A program made the position numbers and the translations under genes. A stretch of DNA of 63,864 nucleotides, the filler included, from Pelomyxa schiedti (lineage: Eukaryota; Protista; Evosea): assembly GCA_020536535.1 (NCBI GenBank). It is 8 parts of 8 records of this genome, joined end to end, with 100 filler letters (N's around TTAATTAATTAA, not from the genome) between each part and the next. Parts side by side here need not be neighbours in the genome. Positions count along the whole stretch, not along the records: positions 1 to 8,662 come from JAHLWZ010001310.1; positions 8,763 to 27,909 come from JAHLWZ010001111.1; 6 more parts are not named here. The stretch is one strand, 5' to 3'. Of the stretch, positions 1-11,471 are shown in pieces; position 1 is the stretch's first letter, and each line of letters opens with the position of its first letter. The notes under the pieces were generated by a model. The model had not been told where the DNA came from and ran no database searches. It saw only the letters and a list, made by a program, of their open reading frames with translations.

Positions 1-53
1 AACCGATCAGGGAGTTGTTCAGCGAACAGCCTAAACCTAATCACAGTCTGTGG

Positions 54-991
54 ATGGTCAATCTTGTTTCGCAGTTTGTTGCACTGTGCACGATGGGGCA
101 CCCGAGGTGCGGCCACGACACGCGTTTTATACATGCGGGTCATTCCACGTCATGAGGAGGCTGATGTTCAATTCCGCTGAGAACAAGAAGCCGCCACGAG
201 GGATCAGTGACTGTGGATATGAAACCGCGTTGTGGACCCAATCAGGGGAGTACAGTGCCATGAACCACAGGTGGCTTGTCTTGCATGATACAAGGAACAC
301 GAGGGTTGTGATTGGGAACCTGTTGCTGGAGCCAAGTGGTTTGGGTGCCACAACTCCCCTTGAAATTCCAATGCCAGAAAGGGTGAATGTGGTGAATGTA
401 TTCATGAACCAGAGCCGCCACGACGAAGCTGTGTTGGCTTCCATGCTGCCTGATGCCGTTGAGCTGTGTATATTCAACGTTGCAATGACCTGGTTCGACC
501 TTCAGTGCACACAGGTTGCTTCGAGAACCGGGCTACCTCCTGGAACCATCTCCAAAACATGCTCCATTCCAATGGTTCTTGTTCTTCAGACCGAATCAAA
601 GGAGCGTTCCTTCGTGGTGATGGTTTATGACTCAAAATTCATCCTCCTCCAGTTCAGGGAGTGCACTTCAGGCTCACATGAAATCAACACAACCGTTTAC
701 AACTTCATTGAAGGCAGTGTTGCTCTGTCACAGTTGAACAAGAGGCTTTTCTGTGTCTCCTGCCCACACAGAGTGGAGATTTGGGATTGCAACAGTCCCT
801 CGCGTTCCCTGAGGATTGTGGACCACGTTGAACACTGCCAGATGGCAATTGCGCATTCTGGACTCCTGTTTCACATGAGGGATGATCACTGCATCGTTGT
901 CACTGATTACGATTCTGGTTCCACAGTGATCACATTGGAAACTTCACTGGCAGTGGACCAAATTGGTCACCTTTTCTCGTTCTTGTTGTGA
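54..991 (+). pseudogene. Internally deleted, frameshifted copy of the intronless QFxAL-RCG family (subfamily A)
   Basis: ATG at 54 reads MVNLVSQFVALCTMGHPRCGHDT and then stops. About 250 nt present in the paralogs (1172, 5792) are missing. The rest (ORF 50..991) is in another frame and closely matches the paralog C-termini. Confidence 0.75.
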
Positions 992-1171
992 GTGCTGAGA
1001 TTGAAAAAACAAACCTGCTTTTGTTGCTGTGTGGGTTCCACCCTGCTGTTGTTTGCACTATAACTCACCCAGTTTGTACTGTGCATTATGCCTTCTTCAG
1101 CAGCCAGGTTGTACCGCCCAGTTGATTTCTCTTGGGAAGAAAAAAAACGGTTTCACCTTTTGATTTACACG

Positions 1172-2413
1172 ATGGATAACAATCGTGGCGGTTGGCACAA
1201 CACGATTGCGTCGATTGATTTTGTTTTGCAGTTTGTTGCACTGTGCACGATGGGACACTCGAGGTGCGGCCGCGACACGCCCCTCGCTCGCGTTTTGCCA
1301 TTGTGGGACGGCGTGTCGGCCTCGTCGGTCGCCCGGCTGGTCTGGGAGTGGGCCTCGGTGTGTCCCACAATGCACTTCAGCGTCGAGGCCGTGCGGATGT
1401 ACAACCGCTCGACGCTGTTCACGTTTGGGGTGTCGCCAATCACACACGGGGTCGTGCATACACCACCACTCCAGAGGCCGAGTTCCTCCGTCGCTTGGGA
1501 ACTAGTTGGTGCCAATCACTTGAATGTCGTCGAGAGAGACGGGAACTTGGAGTCATTCCGGGTTCTGAGGAGGCTGCCGTTCAGTGCCTCCTCCTCTGAG
1601 AACAGGGAGCCACCGCGACGTGGAATCAGTGGCCATGTCACAGCGTTGCGGAGCCAATCATGGGGGGGGCACAGTGCCATGAACCACAGGTGGCTTGTTT
1701 TGCATGACACAAGGAACATGAAGGTTGTGATCGGCAACCTGTTGCTGGAGCCAAGCGGGTTGGGTGGCACAACTCCACTTGAAATGCGCATGCCGGAAAG
1801 GGTGAATGTGGTGAATGTATTCATGAACCAGAGCTGCCACGACGAAGCTGTGCTGGCTTCCATGCTGCCTGATGCTGTTGAGCTGTGTATATTCAACGTT
1901 GCAATGACCTGGTTTGACCTTCAGTGCCCCCAGACTCTTTCAAGAACAGCACCAACTACTGCCATCTCCAAAACATGCTCCATTCCAAAGGTTCTTGTTC
2001 TTCAGACCGAATCCAAGGAGCGGACCTTCGTTGTGATGGTTTATGACTCAAAATTCATCCTCCTCCAGTTCAGGGAGTGCACTTCAGGCTCACATGCAAC
2101 CAACACAACCATTTACAACTTCATTGAAGGCAGTGTTGCTCTGTCACAGTTGAACGAGAGGCTTTTCTGTGTGTCCTGCCCACACAGAGTGGAGATTTGG
2201 GATTGCAACAGTCCCTCGCGTTCCCTGAGGATTGTGGAGCACATTTTCCCCTGTAAGATGGCAATTGCACATGGTGGGTTCCTGTTCCACATGAGGGATG
2301 ATCACTGTATCGTTGTCACTGATTATGATTCTGGTTCCACTGTTATCACATTGTACCTTTCACACTTTGCTGCAGAGGAAAGAATTGGTCGCCTTTTCTC
2401 GTTCATGTTGTGA
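1172..2413 (+). CDS. Intronless QFxAL-RCG family protein, subfamily A (unknown function; beta-rich C-terminus)
   Basis: Uninterrupted ORF 1088..2413; likely ATG 1172 (MDNNRGG...QFVALCTMGHSRCG); strong paralogy to 5792..6991. Confidence 0.8.
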   Translation: MDNNRGGWHNTIASIDFVLQFVALCTMGHSRCGRDTPLARVLPLWDGVSASSVARLVWEWASVCPTMHFSVEAVRMYNRSTLFTFGVSPITHGVVHTPPLQRPSSSVAWELVGANHLNVVERDGNLESFRVLRRLPFSASSSENREPPRRGISGHVTALRSQSWGGHSAMNHRWLVLHDTRNMKVVIGNLLLEPSGLGGTTPLEMRMPERVNVVNVFMNQSCHDEAVLASMLPDAVELCIFNVAMTWFDLQCPQTLSRTAPTTAISKTCSIPKVLVLQTESKERTFVVMVYDSKFILLQFRECTSGSHATNTTIYNFIEGSVALSQLNERLFCVSCPHRVEIWDCNSPSRSLRIVEHIFPCKMAIAHGGFLFHMRDDHCIVVTDYDSGSTVITLYLSHFAAEERIGRLFSFML

Positions 2414-2619
2414 GTGCTCACTGAATAACGTGGTGATGTTGGTTGGAGCGTTCTTTGTGGAAATGTCCTCCTTTTTTTGTTATCATAATCAAGCATGCCA
2501 CTCTGTTGTCATCAAACTGCAAAAAAAATTGGGCTGAAAGCGATCCTGTAAACAGGGTTGGGGTTTCACAGTGCCTAGTACAACCACACTAACTCCGTGG
2601 TACAACAATTTTTCACTAA

Positions 2620-2770
2620 GAGGAGGATACAGGCAATGGGACCTCAAATTCCCAGCCTTCTTGTGGGAAAACCTTCTTGTTGAGAAGAACATAACCAGTG
2701 AGCTTGTCAACCACACTCACTTTGGCTTTTCCAAGCACGAAAATCAGTGTTCCACAGCACTGAAACCAAC
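2620..2770 (-). pseudogene. 3' fragment of a paralog of the 7037..8359 gene
   Basis: Sequence resembles 7085-7245 (ccagtgagc..ccacactcactttgg..ttccacagcactgaaa); the minus strand reads ..FQCCGTLIFVLGKAKVSVVDKLTG.. Confidence 0.65.
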
Positions 2771-2778
2771 TAAAACAG

Positions 2779-2894
2779 GCATCGTTGTCACTGATTATGA
2801 TTCTGGTTCCACAGTGATCACCTTGGAAACATTGTGCCTTTCACACTTCACTGCAGAGGGAAGAATCGGTCACCTTTTCTCGTTCTTGTTGTGA
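2779..2894 (+). pseudogene. Isolated 3' end fragment of a subfamily A gene
   Basis: IVVTDYDSGSTVITLETLCLSHFTAEGRIGHLFSFLL* plus downstream gtgtgctcagattga, as at the ends of 2413 and 6991. Confidence 0.75.
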
Positions 2895-2992
2895 GTGTGC
2901 TCAGATTGACTGAATAAAATTACAACAAACAACGAATCTTGGTGTGGAGAGTGCTGCGGAAAAAAAGAAACAGTGAGTACCGAAAATAATCG

Positions 2993-5266
2993 ATGATGGA
3001 CGGCTGCGAAGTGTGTTGGGTTTGTTACAGACAAATCAACATTGTCGATGATGAGTCGCAGATGGTCGACGTACAAATGGTAATTGGCATCCGTTCCCAA
3101 CTCTAAATGAGTGGCCTAACATGTACATCAGGGGTGCGGACACCGAGTGTGCAGGGGTTGCATTGTGCCACTTTGCGCATCCACTTACTTGTCACAAACA
3201 AATTTCATCACCACCAATGACGAAACCACAAGTGGAACAAAGGAGGAGCGTGGCGGTGAAGTGAACATTGAGTGCAGGGTGTGCCATCACATCACAACGC
3301 TCAGTGTGTTGGATGTAATCACTGATGTGTGTGATGATTCCTGTCACCATCATGGGGCTTGTTCCCAGCTGGGTTTGTTCCCAATAACATATTGACTGAT
3401 AATGTTCACACAGGGAAGTGCGTATTGCACCCTGGCAGGCCGCTTGAGAGGTTCTGTATCACTGACAACCTCCTCATGTGCCTCGAGTGTGCCTTGGAGC
3501 ATCACCGCACTCACGAGTTGGTGGAAATCACAATACAGGCTCAAAAAACATTAGAATCCCAGGTTTTTAGCATCGACGAGGAGATACACCTCATGGAAGA
3601 TTCAACACAACAAATTGAGCGGGCCATCGGGACCATCACAGAGGTGCGTGTGCGCTACCAATCACATTTCCTCATGATAAAACAAACAAAAAGAGTCAAA
3701 GGAGAGCTAAAAGGGACATCGAGAGCACATTCAACAGATTGATGATGGAACTTCAGAAAAAGAAGGATACACTGCTTGCCAACACATCAAAATTCTTTGA
3801 AAGCAAAAAGCGAGCTCTCAAGTTGCAAATGAAATGCACACAGTCTGTTGTCTCTCACTTGAATGAATCACTGAACCACTGCAAGATTGCAAGATTAGAT
3901 CAAAATAAAGCATCACTTGTCGCGTTAACATGGACCCCAGTTGTCATGAATCACTGGAAGTGGAAAACGGTTTGTCTCTCATTTGAGGTACCCTTTACTC
4001 CCCTTTTTTTGTGTGACCCACCTGTTCAGGCACCACGCCACAACAAGACTCTGCCATTATTGGGTGCATATGAGGGCAGATTTTATATCAAACAAGATGT
4101 CACGCCAGCTCTCAAATGCATCAAAAACATGTCAATTTCAAGTGTGTTTCACAAAGAAAATAATAATTACCTCAATGAAAACAGTGATTGGGGAAAGGCA
4201 GTTTGCACTGCAGACAATGAGACTCTTTGTTGAAGGTGAGTTTAAACAGACCTTTGATAACTGCCTTCACATGTTTCCTTGTTCATTGCATGGGCCGCTT
4301 TGTGAAATACTTTCCAATGGTGAACCCCATGTGTGTCCAATACGTAAAACAAAGACATGCAACCAGTCTGAAGCTGTTGGTCTTGTTCTTCTGTTCTTCA
4401 TTGCAGCCTTCAGGCCCTCTCTTTTCCACAGCCTTGGACCATTCACCATATTACCGTCCGAGCAGATCTGTGGCTTGGCCACAATGTGTTCCCCAGAATC
4501 ACTGGTATTTTATGAACTCACAGTTGAATCAGCCCTATCCTTGGTTCCACAACACCCACCAACAACAGCAATCGGCAAGGCACTTTCCAACAAAATCTGG
4601 TCTCTGTTTCGGGCATCACCTACACCATCTGACTGGAAGTATGGTGTAGGTGCATTGGCACATGTGATGCGTGGGTACATGTATGCCACGAGGGTTGGAG
4701 GTGTGATTGCGGACACCAGAAAGGCACTGGTGGAATATGATGCCGCGCTGTCATCTTGTTTGGGGAAGACAATTACATGCATAAAGGTTCCTCGTGCATT
4801 GGCTGAGAACGGCATTTCGCTAGTTGCTTGGAACATTGGGAACTTGGAGGTATCAGCAAACCTTGGCAATCTCCGGGCACAGTTGATGCTTGGCTTGCAA
4901 AGAGAAAGTCCAGAAAATGCGAGGGAGAGAGTGAAGTGGATTGCCAGGGCATCAGAGGGTGGTGATGCAGATGCACAGTACAGAATGGCCATGGTGTATG
5001 AGACTGGGTGCCCAGAGGAAGCTGGTTTGAGTAAAAATGTGGCAGAGGCGATGAGGCTATACAGGCTGGCTGCCGAACAAGGGCAGTATGATGCACAATA
5101 CAAAGTGGGTGTGTTCCTGGTGGATGGTGGTGGTACCACAAGCAGTGGTGTGAGAGTAGAAACACAACAATACAGGGAGGGAGTCAGGTGGTTGCAGTTA
5201 GCTGCACACCAAGGCAACGTGGAGGCAATGCACAAACTTGACGATTTGGATATACATCTGTATTAA
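2993..5266 (+). CDS. TRIM-like RING / B-box / coiled-coil protein with C-terminal SEL1-like repeats (multi-exon)
   Basis: Exon 2993-3079 (CWVC) splices over GT-AG intron 3080-3131 to GCGHRVCRGC...CRVC, giving a C3HC4 RING. CVLH..FCITDNLLMCLECALEHHRTH is a B-box-2. A helical segment follows. AQYRMAMVYETG...KNVAEAMRLYRLAAEQGQYDAQYKVG...WLQLAAHQGNVEA are SEL1 repeats. Confidence 0.8.
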
Positions 5267-5791
5267 GGTCAAGCCTTCTTGTTGAGAAGAACAGAACCAG
5301 TGAGCATTTCAACAACACTTTGCTGAGGTGATGACTAAATTGTGGGTCCTTTTAAGGCCACCGAACATAATAACAGAATTCTCCACACCCTCTTCACTAC
5401 CTCCACACACAACAGTTGGCTGAATATTCTGGGATTGCTTTTCAGCTGGTTCCTCAACTCTTTCCTTTGCCTCGCCGTCGTTGTTCCTCAGTACTTTGTA
5501 AGCAGAAATATAAAGTCCGAGTGTATTCCGTTTCCATTTTTTAGCCATTTCTATCCTGTTCCGTCACTGATGTCGATGGTGCGCACTCGATTTTGTCGGC
5601 CACGAGACCGTAAACATCCCTGCGGACCTCCACCGTCATTGCAGGGGTGTGGGACGTCGTCTCGTCGTGCATCGGGGCAATCGTGACCAGTTTTCTAGCC
5701 AACGCCCTCTGTCTTACGGACAACCGGGGCCATGTTTTGCCCACTTTTCTGAAAAAACGATACACGCGGACTTTAACTTTCACCAATAACC

Positions 5792-6991
5792 ATGGACCTC
5801 GTCTCGCAGTTTGTTGCACTGTGCACGATGGGGCACCCGAGGTGCGGCCACGACACACCCCTCGCTCGTGTTTTGCCATTGTGGGACGGCGTGTCTGCGT
5901 CCTCGGTCGCCCGGCTCGTGTGGGAGTGGGTCTCGGGGTGTCCCACAATGCACTTCAGCGTCGAGGCCGTGCCAACGCGCGACCACTCGACTCTGTTCAC
6001 GTTTGGGGTGTCGCCAATCACACACGGGGTCGTGCCGACACCACCGCTCCAGAGGCCGAGCTACTCGTTCGCCTGCGAAATGATTGGTGCCAATCACTTG
6101 AATGTGGTCGAGAGAAACTCCTACTACTCAAGGGAGTCGCTCTGCGTTCTGAGAAGGCTGACGTTCAGTGCCTCCTCCTCTGGGAACAAGAACCCGCCAC
6201 GCGGAGTCAGCTGCGGGCCAGAGAGTCTAGTGGAGGGGCCCTGTGCAATGAACCACAGGTGGCTCGTTTTACATGATCCAAGGAACACGAGGGTTGTGCT
6301 TGGGAACCTGTTGCTGGAGAAAAACAGATTTGGTACAATGACACAAGTTGGAATTCCAATGCCGGAAATGGTGAATGTGGCGAATGTATTCATGAACCAG
6401 AGCTGCCACGACGAAGCTGTGTTAGTTTCCATTCTTCCTCGCGTTATTGAGCTGTGCGTGTTCAACGTTGCACGGATGTGGTTCGACTCTCGCTCTCAGT
6501 GCACACAGGCTGTTTCCATAACACTCCCTCATAGAACCATGCACGAAAGATGCTCGATTCCAAAGGTTCTTGTTCTTCAGACGGAATCCAAGGAGCGTTC
6601 CTTCGTGGTGATGGTTTACAGCTCCAAATTCATCCTCCTCCAGTTCAGGGAGTGCACTTCAGGCTCACATGCAACCAACACAACAGTTTACAACTTCATT
6701 GAAGGCAGTGTTGCTCTGTCACAGTTGAACGAGAGGCTTTTCTGTGTCTCCTGCCCAAACAGAGTGGAGATTTGGGATTGCAACAGTCCCTCACGTTCCC
6801 TGAGGATTGTGGACCACGTTGAACACTGCCAGATGGCAATTGCCCATTCTGGGCTCCTGTTTCACATGAGGGATGATCACTGTATCGTTGTCACTGATTA
6901 TGATTCTGGTTCCACAGTTATCACATTGTTGTGTGGCACACACTTCACTGCAGAGGGAAGAATCGGTCACCTTTTCTCGTTCTTGTTGTGA
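5792..6991 (+). CDS. Intronless QFxAL-RCG family protein, subfamily A
   Basis: 399-aa ORF MDLVSQFVALCTMGHPRCG...; paralog of 1172..2413. Confidence 0.85.
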   Translation: MDLVSQFVALCTMGHPRCGHDTPLARVLPLWDGVSASSVARLVWEWVSGCPTMHFSVEAVPTRDHSTLFTFGVSPITHGVVPTPPLQRPSYSFACEMIGANHLNVVERNSYYSRESLCVLRRLTFSASSSGNKNPPRGVSCGPESLVEGPCAMNHRWLVLHDPRNTRVVLGNLLLEKNRFGTMTQVGIPMPEMVNVANVFMNQSCHDEAVLVSILPRVIELCVFNVARMWFDSRSQCTQAVSITLPHRTMHERCSIPKVLVLQTESKERSFVVMVYSSKFILLQFRECTSGSHATNTTVYNFIEGSVALSQLNERLFCVSCPNRVEIWDCNSPSRSLRIVDHVEHCQMAIAHSGLLFHMRDDHCIVVTDYDSGSTVITLLCGTHFTAEGRIGHLFSFLL

Positions 6992-7036
6992 GTGTGCTCA
7001 GATTGAATAACAAAACTTTTATCAATTTTTTCTGAA

Positions 7037-8359
7037 TCACAGTCGCGAGCTCATTTGTACATGCCTGTTTGAGCAACCACACAATGGAGATACAGGAAAT
7101 GGGAGGCAAGAAAAGTGGGCCAATGGTGACAGTTTCCAGTTCTCGGGTGGACAAACCTTGAGCAATACAGAACCAGTGAGCATGTCAGCCACACTCACTT
7201 TGGATTCTTCAAACAGGTAAATCAGCGTTCCACAGCACTGAAATTTTCCATGTGAGTACCCTCCAACTGCAACGCTCTCGATAACTGCCTTGCACACGCC
7301 AATTGATGGGTTTGTTGGATTGTTCACATCCCACACTTCATGTGTGTTTATCTTGAAGATGCAGAACAATGATTCATTTACCTTGTGCAGGCAGATGCAA
7401 CCACCACTAGTGATTGCCACCAAGTCTCCACTCCCACGAATCCAGTAGATTTCATCTGTTTCCGCGCCATATTTCAACATTTCAGCAATGATTACTCTGG
7501 TGCCATCCCTTTTAGCCATCACCACAGCAGAGCCACACAGCAGCATCGAATTGACCTGAATGGAATCCACAACATGGGGAGTCTCCGATTCCCCACAGAA
7601 CGACTTGGCCAAATCCACAACAGTGAACCTCGTGTAACCAAGTGCCCCCATTTTGACAGCCACAACCACTGCCTCGTCAATGACCCCACATTCACAACTG
7701 TAACCCACGTTTTCAGCCAAGGTAATTCGCAGCACGCACTCGGCGGAAATTGCAGGAGAATACTCTGCTATTGTGGGTCGTGTGCCCGCTCGCAAGAGAT
7801 TAACCGCGCACACGGTTTCGTTGCTTTCCCCTCGGCACCACAACAGCCACTTGCCATTCGTTGAAGGATACCGGCACCCCGCAAGTGCCACGCCTGCTGC
7901 TGCTTCTCCGTGTTCTTTGTCAATTATGGGATGCATCTCCATGTCCATGAGATAGGACACTGGCGTGTCTGCCGAATCTTCTGGGGCCACGAGGCAGTGC
8001 CTGGCCCCGATCCAGTGCCACGAGTGGCGGGGCGGCCACAACCTGACCCCGCGACCCATAATTGCAACGCTGCCAAGCACTGGCGAGTATATCAGGGGCA
8101 CCTCGACGTGGGCTATGAAACTCCCTTCGGCCGACTCTCTCAGGGGCAGCACCCTCACCATTAACACTGCCGAAGTGGCTCCATCCAAGGCACACAGGTG
8201 CCACAGGTACCTCATCGATGCCTGGTCGTGGGAAAGCATGACGAGGGACGAGGCGCAGTGGCGTCCGCACCGCGGGTGGCCCGAGCCCATAAGTGCAAAA
8301 AACTGTGCGCGAGGTTCTACCACAGCCTCACAACGTAGTGCGTCGGCGCCACCTAACAT
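7037..8359 (-). CDS. Intronless QFxAL-RCG family protein (divergent member)
   Basis: ORF 7037..8500, likely ATG 8359; PRAQFFALMGSGHPRCG motif; C-terminal VNESLFCI..EVWD..VADMLTGSVL matches the family. Confidence 0.8.
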   Translation of the reverse strand: MLGGADALRCEAVVEPRAQFFALMGSGHPRCGRHCASSLVMLSHDQASMRYLWHLCALDGATSAVLMVRVLPLRESAEGSFIAHVEVPLIYSPVLGSVAIMGRGVRLWPPRHSWHWIGARHCLVAPEDSADTPVSYLMDMEMHPIIDKEHGEAAAGVALAGCRYPSTNGKWLLWCRGESNETVCAVNLLRAGTRPTIAEYSPAISAECVLRITLAENVGYSCECGVIDEAVVVAVKMGALGYTRFTVVDLAKSFCGESETPHVVDSIQVNSMLLCGSAVVMAKRDGTRVIIAEMLKYGAETDEIYWIRGSGDLVAITSGGCICLHKVNESLFCIFKINTHEVWDVNNPTNPSIGVCKAVIESVAVGGYSHGKFQCCGTLIYLFEESKVSVADMLTGSVLLKVCPPENWKLSPLAHFSCLPFPVSPLCGCSNRHVQMSSRL

Positions 8360-8662
8360 GTTGATTTCGTATAACCAATCTAGAGATCGAAAACACGACG
8401 CACGGTCTGTTAATGGCGTCAACAAACAACAAGAAGGTTTCAGCTGTTGCCCCACCAACGTCGACGGAGGATTATGGGAGTGGTGGCGGTGGAGGACCAT
8501 GGGAGGGGGACGTCGTAACGGGGTACACGGGGACTTGCTCTCGTGAACTGTGCCTCATCCCTGGAAACCACTTACACGTGAGTGAGTGTGCGCGTCTCTC
8601 GTGTATGTGTTGCGGGCAGGTTGATTTTGAATTGTGGGTTTTCCATGTGGCGGGGCGATAAG

Positions 8663-8762
8663 NNNNNNNNNNNNNNNNNNNNNNNNNNNNNNNNNNNNNN
8701 NNNNNNTTAATTAATTAANNNNNNNNNNNNNNNNNNNNNNNNNNNNNNNNNNNNNNNNNNNN
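8663..8762. other. Artificial 100-nt spacer N44-TTAATTAATTAA-N44 (also at 27910, 31575, 35742, 37379, 38558, 55614)
   Basis: Identical layout at seven sites; the core gives stop codons in all six frames. Confidence 0.95.
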
Positions 8763-8920
8763 TGGAAACCTCCTTCTGCACTGTCACACCTGCCTGCTTT
8801 GCCAGCTGGTAAAGCAAGTTGACAACTGCATCATGTCTTCTGATTTGAAGGCCCCCTCGTTTACAGCTCAGTAAGTGAGTGTCATGTGGGTCCAGGGCAT
8901 GCCCACAACAGCACACTCTT
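8763..8920 (-). mobile_element. Fragment of an RLE-type non-LTR retrotransposon (CRE/R2-like zinc knuckle plus start of restriction-like endonuclease)
   Basis: CCCGHALDPHDTHLLSCKRGGLQIRRHDAVVNLLYQLAKQAGVTVQKE fits the C-x-C...H...C..GG...RH....L.....AG.....E pattern of RLE elements; truncated by the gap. Confidence 0.7.
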
Positions 8921-8934
8921 TTTTTTTGATGTAT

Positions 8935-9975
8935 TGTAGCTCGACGAGGTACGATTTGGCTCTTCCTAAGACACATTTGCCCGCTGCATGCACACCCTCA
9001 CTCGAGTGTTGCACAATTCAAACGTGGCAGACAATCCAGGGGACTGAATTGCCAACATCCACTGGCTGGTTGATTTTTTGAACTGGAAGTTCACCTCATT
9101 GTGGCATCCAGGTGACTGTGCATGAATGAATGTCTTTTAATGTACTCACTCCTTTTTAGGGAGAAATGTGACAATTGATGAAGGAATTATCCCTTTCAAA
9201 GGCTTGGTTGGTTTTCGAGTTTGTATGAGGGACAAACCTCAGGGAACTGGGATTAAAGTATATTTACTTGTGGATGAGTAGTAAGTACTCTGCCATAGTT
9301 AAGTTCGTAATGTATGACGGTGATAACCCCTGTGGTACTTCCAATTATTTCTCCTTCTTATTTTATTTTCACATGGGAAAAAAGGCAACTTAGATTGGAA
9401 TAAAACTCTGAAGTCTCCTTTTTCTCTCACTGTACTCGCTGTTGAGTGCTGTCCATTGGTGCCAAGCAACTAGACTTTTGTATGGACTGGTATTTCCCGA
9501 TGGCAAACCTGATGAGGAATCTGCATAACTCTGGTTTCGAGTTTGTAGTTACCATCCAAACCAGCAGGGCTGGCAAGGTTTGTGTTCTTAATACATTCAC
9601 TTTATTCACAAGTCCCACAGATTTTTTCACACATTGTTGTTCGGCCCGATCCAGAAGTGGAATGGGATAAGTGTGAATTTCATTTTTCTGATGAAACAGT
9701 GTGACTATAATAGACCTTGTATGGTACACAACTACCGCTTCAACTATCACAATTTCGACCAGGTGAACCAGTTGCGGAGGTACTACAGTTTGTTTGTCGT
9801 ACTAACATTCCTCCAAAAAAAACCAAAAACACAAGATGCTGTTGACCATCGGCAACGCAAGGTCTTTTTGTTGTGGGGAACACACCAAGCCCGACTGTTG
9901 TATTGTGCAGTCAATCACTGTCGAATTAGTATGAGGGAGTTTGTGAAGGCAGTATGTTATTGCTTGTGTTTGTAA
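8935..9975 (+). mobile_element. Decayed, intron-containing piggyBac-like (DDE_Tnp_1_7-type) transposase
   Basis: Splicing 9112-9159 gives LVDFLNWKFTSLWHPGRNVTIDEGIIPFKGLVGFRVCMRDKPQGTGIKVYLLVD. Downstream come MDWYFPMANLMRNLHNSGFEFVVT and RPCMVHNYRFNYHNFDQVNQLRRYY. These are the three piggyBac catalytic-Asp motifs in order. Confidence 0.8.
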
Positions 9976-10859
9976 TTTCTTTCTTACATCTTGACCCCAG
10001 GTCGTCACAGTTATTGCTTCCAAGTTTCTTTGTCCAATGATTCTTTTACTGGACCCTTTCTCTCTATTCAATGACCAGGCTCCGTCATTGAAGCTGCAGA
10101 TTACACCAGATAATTGCTCAATCACAGGTTTAAGGTGTCCATTTCTTTCCATGCCCGTTGCAAAAACGGAGGGACCAGTCTAGTACTTATTATTACTGCG
10201 ACATCTGTATGGTGGCACTGCACTCCTCTTCTAAGCTGTGTTGCTGGGAAAGGTGGCACGACAGAACACACCCTGTCTTCTACACAAACCGAAAATTGGT
10301 GTTTGTTCAGGGATTTTACACAATTTTTCGCACTTGCTTTTTCTCCGCACAACAACCATTTATTCATTGACTGCTCTAACTTGGGGTGCGCCGATAGGGG
10401 GCATCGGCGTGAAAAACGGTGTTGTTGAAAACATGTGTCCGCAAAAAAGTGAAGGAGGAGTCGCACCACCGCCAAATTTTTTGAACTCACAGAGGGATAG
10501 CACTGACACGACCCCATTGCAATGCTGGAGATGGGGTAGGGTTGTGAGACACCACCACCCCTTCGGTTTTTTGAGCAGAAGGGGGCTAGGCACAAGTTTG
10601 CCCCGAACAACATTGCAAAGAGCGCTCAGGCCTCCCACCTGAGCAAAAGACCCACCAAGCAAGAGAAGGGGAATGATGATGCCACGATGATGATGAAGAG
10701 AAGAAGATGCCATGACACACTGCCACTCACAGTCCACTGCGCCACCACCGTGCCACCGCCACGTGATGCCATGATGCTATGTATGTACCCACAGTGACAG
10801 TCAGCAGAAAAACAACCCGCAGTACTACCGCCACCAACTGGCGCGGGAAAACCAGATCT

Positions 10860-11348
10860 TCATAAAAAACCCGCGTGGCCCACGCCCCACGCCCAGCACT
10901 CTGCACCCCGGTAGTGCCGCCGGCACACCACCTCGTGGACGGAGACCCATACGTCATCCACAGCCCCGACGCACCAGCTTTCAATGTCGTAAATGCCCCA
11001 TTTTGGATGCTGCATACGCACCACGGTGCTTCCACCCAACCACCCACGCACATCCATCATCGACCTCGGAATGCGGGCGCTCCACGACCCCGCCTGTGTG
11101 TGACACCCCCACGTTCACGCACATCTGCTGATGTTGGCATCGGTGCACTTCTTCGACGTGACCCATCGGCTGCCTACTTCACAAAGGAACAGGGACTGGC
11201 TGAGCTGGCGCGACGGGCTCGCGGCGCCGCACCGTTTCGAGCACGAACCGGCACAAAGGGCAAACAATTGGTCTCGTGCCCACGCGATGTGCGTCGCTGG
11301 TGGGAATTCGGGCAGAGGCCCCAATTGATCCTCCTCTTCAGTCATCAA
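10860..11348 (-). pseudogene. Truncated, frameshifted tandem paralog of 11472..12653
   Basis: GPLPEFPPATHIAWARDQLFALCAGSCSKRCG, then QMCVNVGVSHTGGVV and MMDVRGWL..PKWGIYDIE, each in a different frame. Confidence 0.75.
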
Positions 11349-11471
11349 TCTTGGTGTTCAAAGAAAAAACAATCTGCAATCAACCCGTTTGGGGTGATGT
11401 GTGTGAAATGAGCACCACAACTAGAAGCACAAGTTATTGCATATGAACTGGTTCATTGTTGTATCATAGCA

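Noticed and set aside
8707-8718. Recurring TTAATTAATTAA motif (resembling piggyBac TTAA sites)
   Set aside because: Always centred in 100-nt N blocks; a synthetic linker.
9976-10740. Minus-strand ORFs 10122..10613 and 9802..10152
   Set aside because: No recognisable domain or consistent exon model.
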